Source of the DNA: Paramicrosporidium saccamoebae KSL3
Taxonomy: Eukaryota; Fungi; Cryptomycota
Direction: 5' to 3'
Length of the DNA: 32,000 nucleotides
Assembly: GCA_002794465.1 (NCBI GenBank)
Contig: MTSL01000219.1
Span: 95,322-127,321 of the forward strand
Made by a program: the position numbers and the translations under genes. The notes beneath the pieces were generated by a model. That model saw only the letters and a program-made list of their open reading frames with translations, ran no database searches and was not told where the DNA came from. Positions 29,611 to 32,000 of this stretch are shown here, one piece after another. Each line of letters opens with the position of its first letter. Positions within the stretch are counted from its first letter, which is position 1.

Positions 29611-30067
29611 ATGCGTCTTTTTTCCTTGCGCGTCTTGGTCCGGAGTTACTCCAGCCACCGGAATGGAATATTCAATGGTGGCCATACCATACCTGCATCT
29701 TAACTGTAGTACCTAATTATCCAATCGAGCTGAGCAATACGGAACCCACGACCGAAGCATCCCGTCTGGCACGTTCTGATTACAACAACACTGGCCGTGT
29801 ACGGTGCTACAACTGTGGACAGATGGGTCATCTTAGCTACGATTGCCGGCTGCCGCAGGTAAGGAAGGCGTGTTATTTGTGCGGAAATTCGGGACATGTG
29901 TCGAGAGATTGGTAATTCTTTTCGCCATGCTGATTGGGTGTAGTCCGCAAAGAGTAAAGGTGGTGGCTTGCTATCGATGCCAGAAGACTGGACACATGTC
30001 GTATGAATGCCCCGAAAGAGACAAGTCCGTATCCACTCAAGCAGAGCTCCCTGAAGAGGTTAAATAA
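29611..30067 (+). CDS. Three-CCHC zinc-knuckle protein (CNBP/Gis2-like) with a putative mitochondrial presequence; exons 29611..29677, 29710..29911 and 29944..30067 (130 aa)
   Basis: Knuckles CYNCGQMGHLSYDC, CYLCGNSGHVSRDC (split by an intron) and CYRCQKTGHMSYEC. Two 32-nt introns (29678..29709, branch CTTAAC; 29912..29943, branch GCTGAT). Confidence 0.85.
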
Positions 30068-30410
30068 GTAAAGATTGCGAGATAGTATATATTGGTTAAC
30101 AGTAAATGATTTATTCAAAGGTTATGCCTTTTATAGGTTGCCATCCCCGGTGTGACTCGGATTGCGCGATAGCATAGATATCTGGGCCGGCCCACCAGTC
30201 ATCAGCGGGTACTGTCTAGCAGCACTAATGTGTGATGGAATGATTCGTCTCTAAGGGATGATGATCTTTCTTTATAGCATAATTAGGTGAAATGATCCGG
30301 CCTATCCCACAAAAATAGCTTTTGTCAACCGTCTGCTATAATAGTCCCTGCACATAGATAGAAGAGTTCTTATGCCACAAATCTAATAAAAGGTCTTTAC
30401 TTTAAACTTT

Positions 30411-30470
30411 TTACACCTATTGACACCTATTGACGCTTATTGACGCCTATTTACACCTGTTGACACTTTA
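30411..30470. repeat. Six 10-bp tandem units upstream of RPS0
   Basis: ttacacctat tgacacctat tgacgcttat tgacgcctat ttacacctgt tgacacttta. Confidence 0.9.
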
Positions 30471-30531
30471 CCTCACAATTATAACATGCCCAGTGCACCC
30501 TGGCTCCCTCCCCTGCTTGGTCTAAGCTAGA

Positions 30532-30569
30532 GTACCATCGCCCTGTTATCCATCCATCTAACCTTGTAG
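30532..30569 (+). other. Putative 38-nt 5'-UTR intron of RPS0
   Basis: GTACCA...TCTAAC CTTGTAG: donor, perfect branch point and TAG acceptor, ending 32 nt before the ATG. Confidence 0.55.
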
Positions 30570-30601
30570 AGTGTTTAGCGCATTACAATTCCCTGCTAAA
30601 A

Positions 30602-31408
30602 ATGTCTGCAATCCCAAGAATCCTTGACCCCACTGAGGCCGACATCCAGCTGATGCTGGCTGCCAGCTGCCACCTCGGCTCAAAGAACTGCGAAAAGGCC
30701 ATGGAGCCCTACGTCTGGAAGCGCCGCGCCGACGGTGTGCATCTCATCAACATTGGCAAGACCTGGGAGAAGCTTGTCTTGGCTGCACGCATCATTGCTG
30801 CGGTTGAGAACCCCGCTGACGTTGTTGTCATCTCGGCTCGCCCCTACGGACAACGCGCTGCGTTGAAGTTTGCCAACTTTATTGGTGCCAAGGCCACCGC
30901 GGGTCGTTTCACTCCCGGAACCTTTACCAATTACATCACCCGGACCTTCAAGGAGCCCCGTTTGATCATCTGCACTGACCCCCGCACTGACCACCAGGCT
31001 GTCAGCGAGGCTTCCTATGTGAACATTCCTTGCATCGCCCTGTGCGATACTGACTCTCCCCTGCGCTGTGTCGATGTTGCCATCCCAACCAACAACAAGG
31101 GAAAGCACTCGATCGGTCTGATGTACTGGTTGTTGGCCCGTGAGGTGCTTCGTCTGCGTGGAGCGCTTCCCCGTGAGCAACCATGGGACGTGATGGTGGA
31201 TCTCTTCTTCTACCGTGACCCCGAAGAGGTTGAGAAGGCTGCTGATGAGGAGGAGACTGTTGCCGAGACGGGACGCTCTGCCTGGGAGGAGGGTGATGCT
31301 GAGCCGTCCACTGAATGGTCTGGCGCCGCAAATGAGGAAAACTGGGGTGCTGCCCCCGCTCAAGCTGGCTCCTGGGCCGCCGAGTCTTGGAACGCCAATG
31401 CCGCCTAA
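30602..31408 (+). CDS. RPS0: 40S ribosomal protein uS2 (RPS0/RPSA), 268 aa
   Basis: [70 protein letters not shown]. Confidence 0.98.
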   Translation: MSAIPRILDPTEADIQLMLAASCHLGSKNCEKAMEPYVWKRRADGVHLINIGKTWEKLVLAARIIAAVENPADVVVISARPYGQRAALKFANFIGAKATAGRFTPGTFTNYITRTFKEPRLIICTDPRTDHQAVSEASYVNIPCIALCDTDSPLRCVDVAIPTNNKGKHSIGLMYWLLAREVLRLRGALPREQPWDVMVDLFFYRDPEEVEKAADEEETVAETGRSAWEEGDAEPSTEWSGAANEENWGAAPAQAGSWAAESWNANAA

Positions 31409-31454
31409 GTCGGGAATCTCTTCATAGTATTCCCACAACATACAATACACTATT

Positions 31455-32000
31455 TTAATCTAATACTAACTTGTTATAAACAACATTCCAACCGACTGCA
31501 CTCACCGAACTAGAAAGGGCGCGTACAGCCAAACGAGCCATCGAGCAGGTACTCTTTTTTGCCTCCTGCGGATCCCATTCCTCACAAAGATTACCCCGAA
31601 ATCCTGTCAAAAAGAGTCTGTACATGGAGTCTTTTATCAACCCACTACCTGGCATTGCACTCATGTCAATGCGCTCACCCCTGTCGAGCAAATACGGAAA
31701 CGCCTGGATGTAGATGAAAAACACGCGGAGACTCAGCTGTGGACTCCAACAGAGCCCTCCTGTCGATGCTGTTCGTAGTAAAAGTCCGGTGAAGTGGATG
31801 TATCGCACGAATTGGCAGAGCAGATCTGGTAACATTGTCACAAGTGGGTATCTGAAAGTGATCCGAGTGGGCATGGGAAGGACTGCATTGAGCATCACCT
31901 TTCCTACTGGGTGGTTTTTGACAATCTTGTACAAGTCTCTCAAGGGAATCGAGTCGTCTGCAAGCCAGTGCAGTGTCCAATCTCTTTGGTCTCTGCGAAC
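31455..32000 (-). CDS. 3' end of an unidentified protein-coding gene that enters from the window edge
   Basis: The frame of ORF 31455..31943 stays open to position 32000 and converges on RPS0 with a 46-bp gap. A possible 25-nt intron (GTAGGA...GCTCAAT GCAG) could change the upstream frame. No family recognised. Confidence 0.45.
   Translation of the reverse strand, partial: VRRDQRDWTLHWLADDSIPLRDLYKIVKNHPVGKVMLNAVLPMPTRITFRYPLVTMLPDLLCQFVRYIHFTGLLLRTASTGGLCWSPQLSLRVFFIYIQAFPYLLDRGERIDMSAMPGSGLIKDSMYRLFLTGFRGNLCEEWDPQEAKKSTCSMARLAVRALSSSVSAVGWNVVYNKLVLD

Noticed and set aside
30126-30134. GCCTTTTAT as U5 snRNA loop 1
   Set aside because: One mismatch, and the flanks are direct repeats rather than a pairing stem; no Sm site.
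30289-30298. GGATCATTTC (minus strand) as U3 snoRNA box A
   Set aside because: No box A', and no correctly spaced boxes B, C and D downstream.
30460-30485. TTGACA...TATAAC as a bacterial sigma70 promoter
   Set aside because: Spacer is 14 bp, TTGACA arises from the 10-bp repeat, and the gene is eukaryotic.
30680-31450. 256-aa ORF antisense to RPS0 (likewise 26545..27249 against eIF4AIII and 12693..13355)
   Set aside because: Antisense shadows of conserved, codon-biased genes; no independent motifs.
1-32000. Transposon, retroelement or viral genes (the CCHC knuckles could suggest gag)
   Set aside because: No RT, integrase, transposase, terminal repeats or capsid. The knuckle gene is short, spliced and stand-alone.

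Overview
Gene-dense eukaryotic nuclear DNA from an early-diverging fungal-type genome. I count about 23 protein-coding genes, two cut by the window edges, with spacers as short as 14-50 bp. I reconstructed 21 coding micro-introns of 28-35 nt (GT..YAG), which fragment the supplied ORF track. The gene set is VPS9-domain GEF, SOD-like mitoribosomal protein, RPC82, SAD1, two SDRs, GPI1, FAN1, ASH2, AFG2B, RPN8, HUT1, a CTL-family transporter, a UBL-AN1 protein, an ERT1-like Zn2Cys6-PAS factor, eIF4AIII, PRP9, a CCHC knuckle protein and RPS0. Compaction, tiny introns and mitochondrial functions fit a Rozellomycota or early-microsporidian genome such as Paramicrosporidium (inference, not verified). 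Highlights: (1) a Tweety/prominin-like 5-TM protein; (2) a second, hidden 7-exon ~727-aa gene with the same 5-TM, two-large-loop layout; (3) a hidden 3-exon zinc-knuckle protein with a mitochondrial-type presequence; (4) a hidden spliced micro-gene behind ASH2; (5) start codons only 14 bp apart head-to-head; (6) a different degenerate minisatellite in many spacers. I found no rRNA, tRNA, CRISPR array or mobile element. All gene names come from motif recognition by eye, with no database search.
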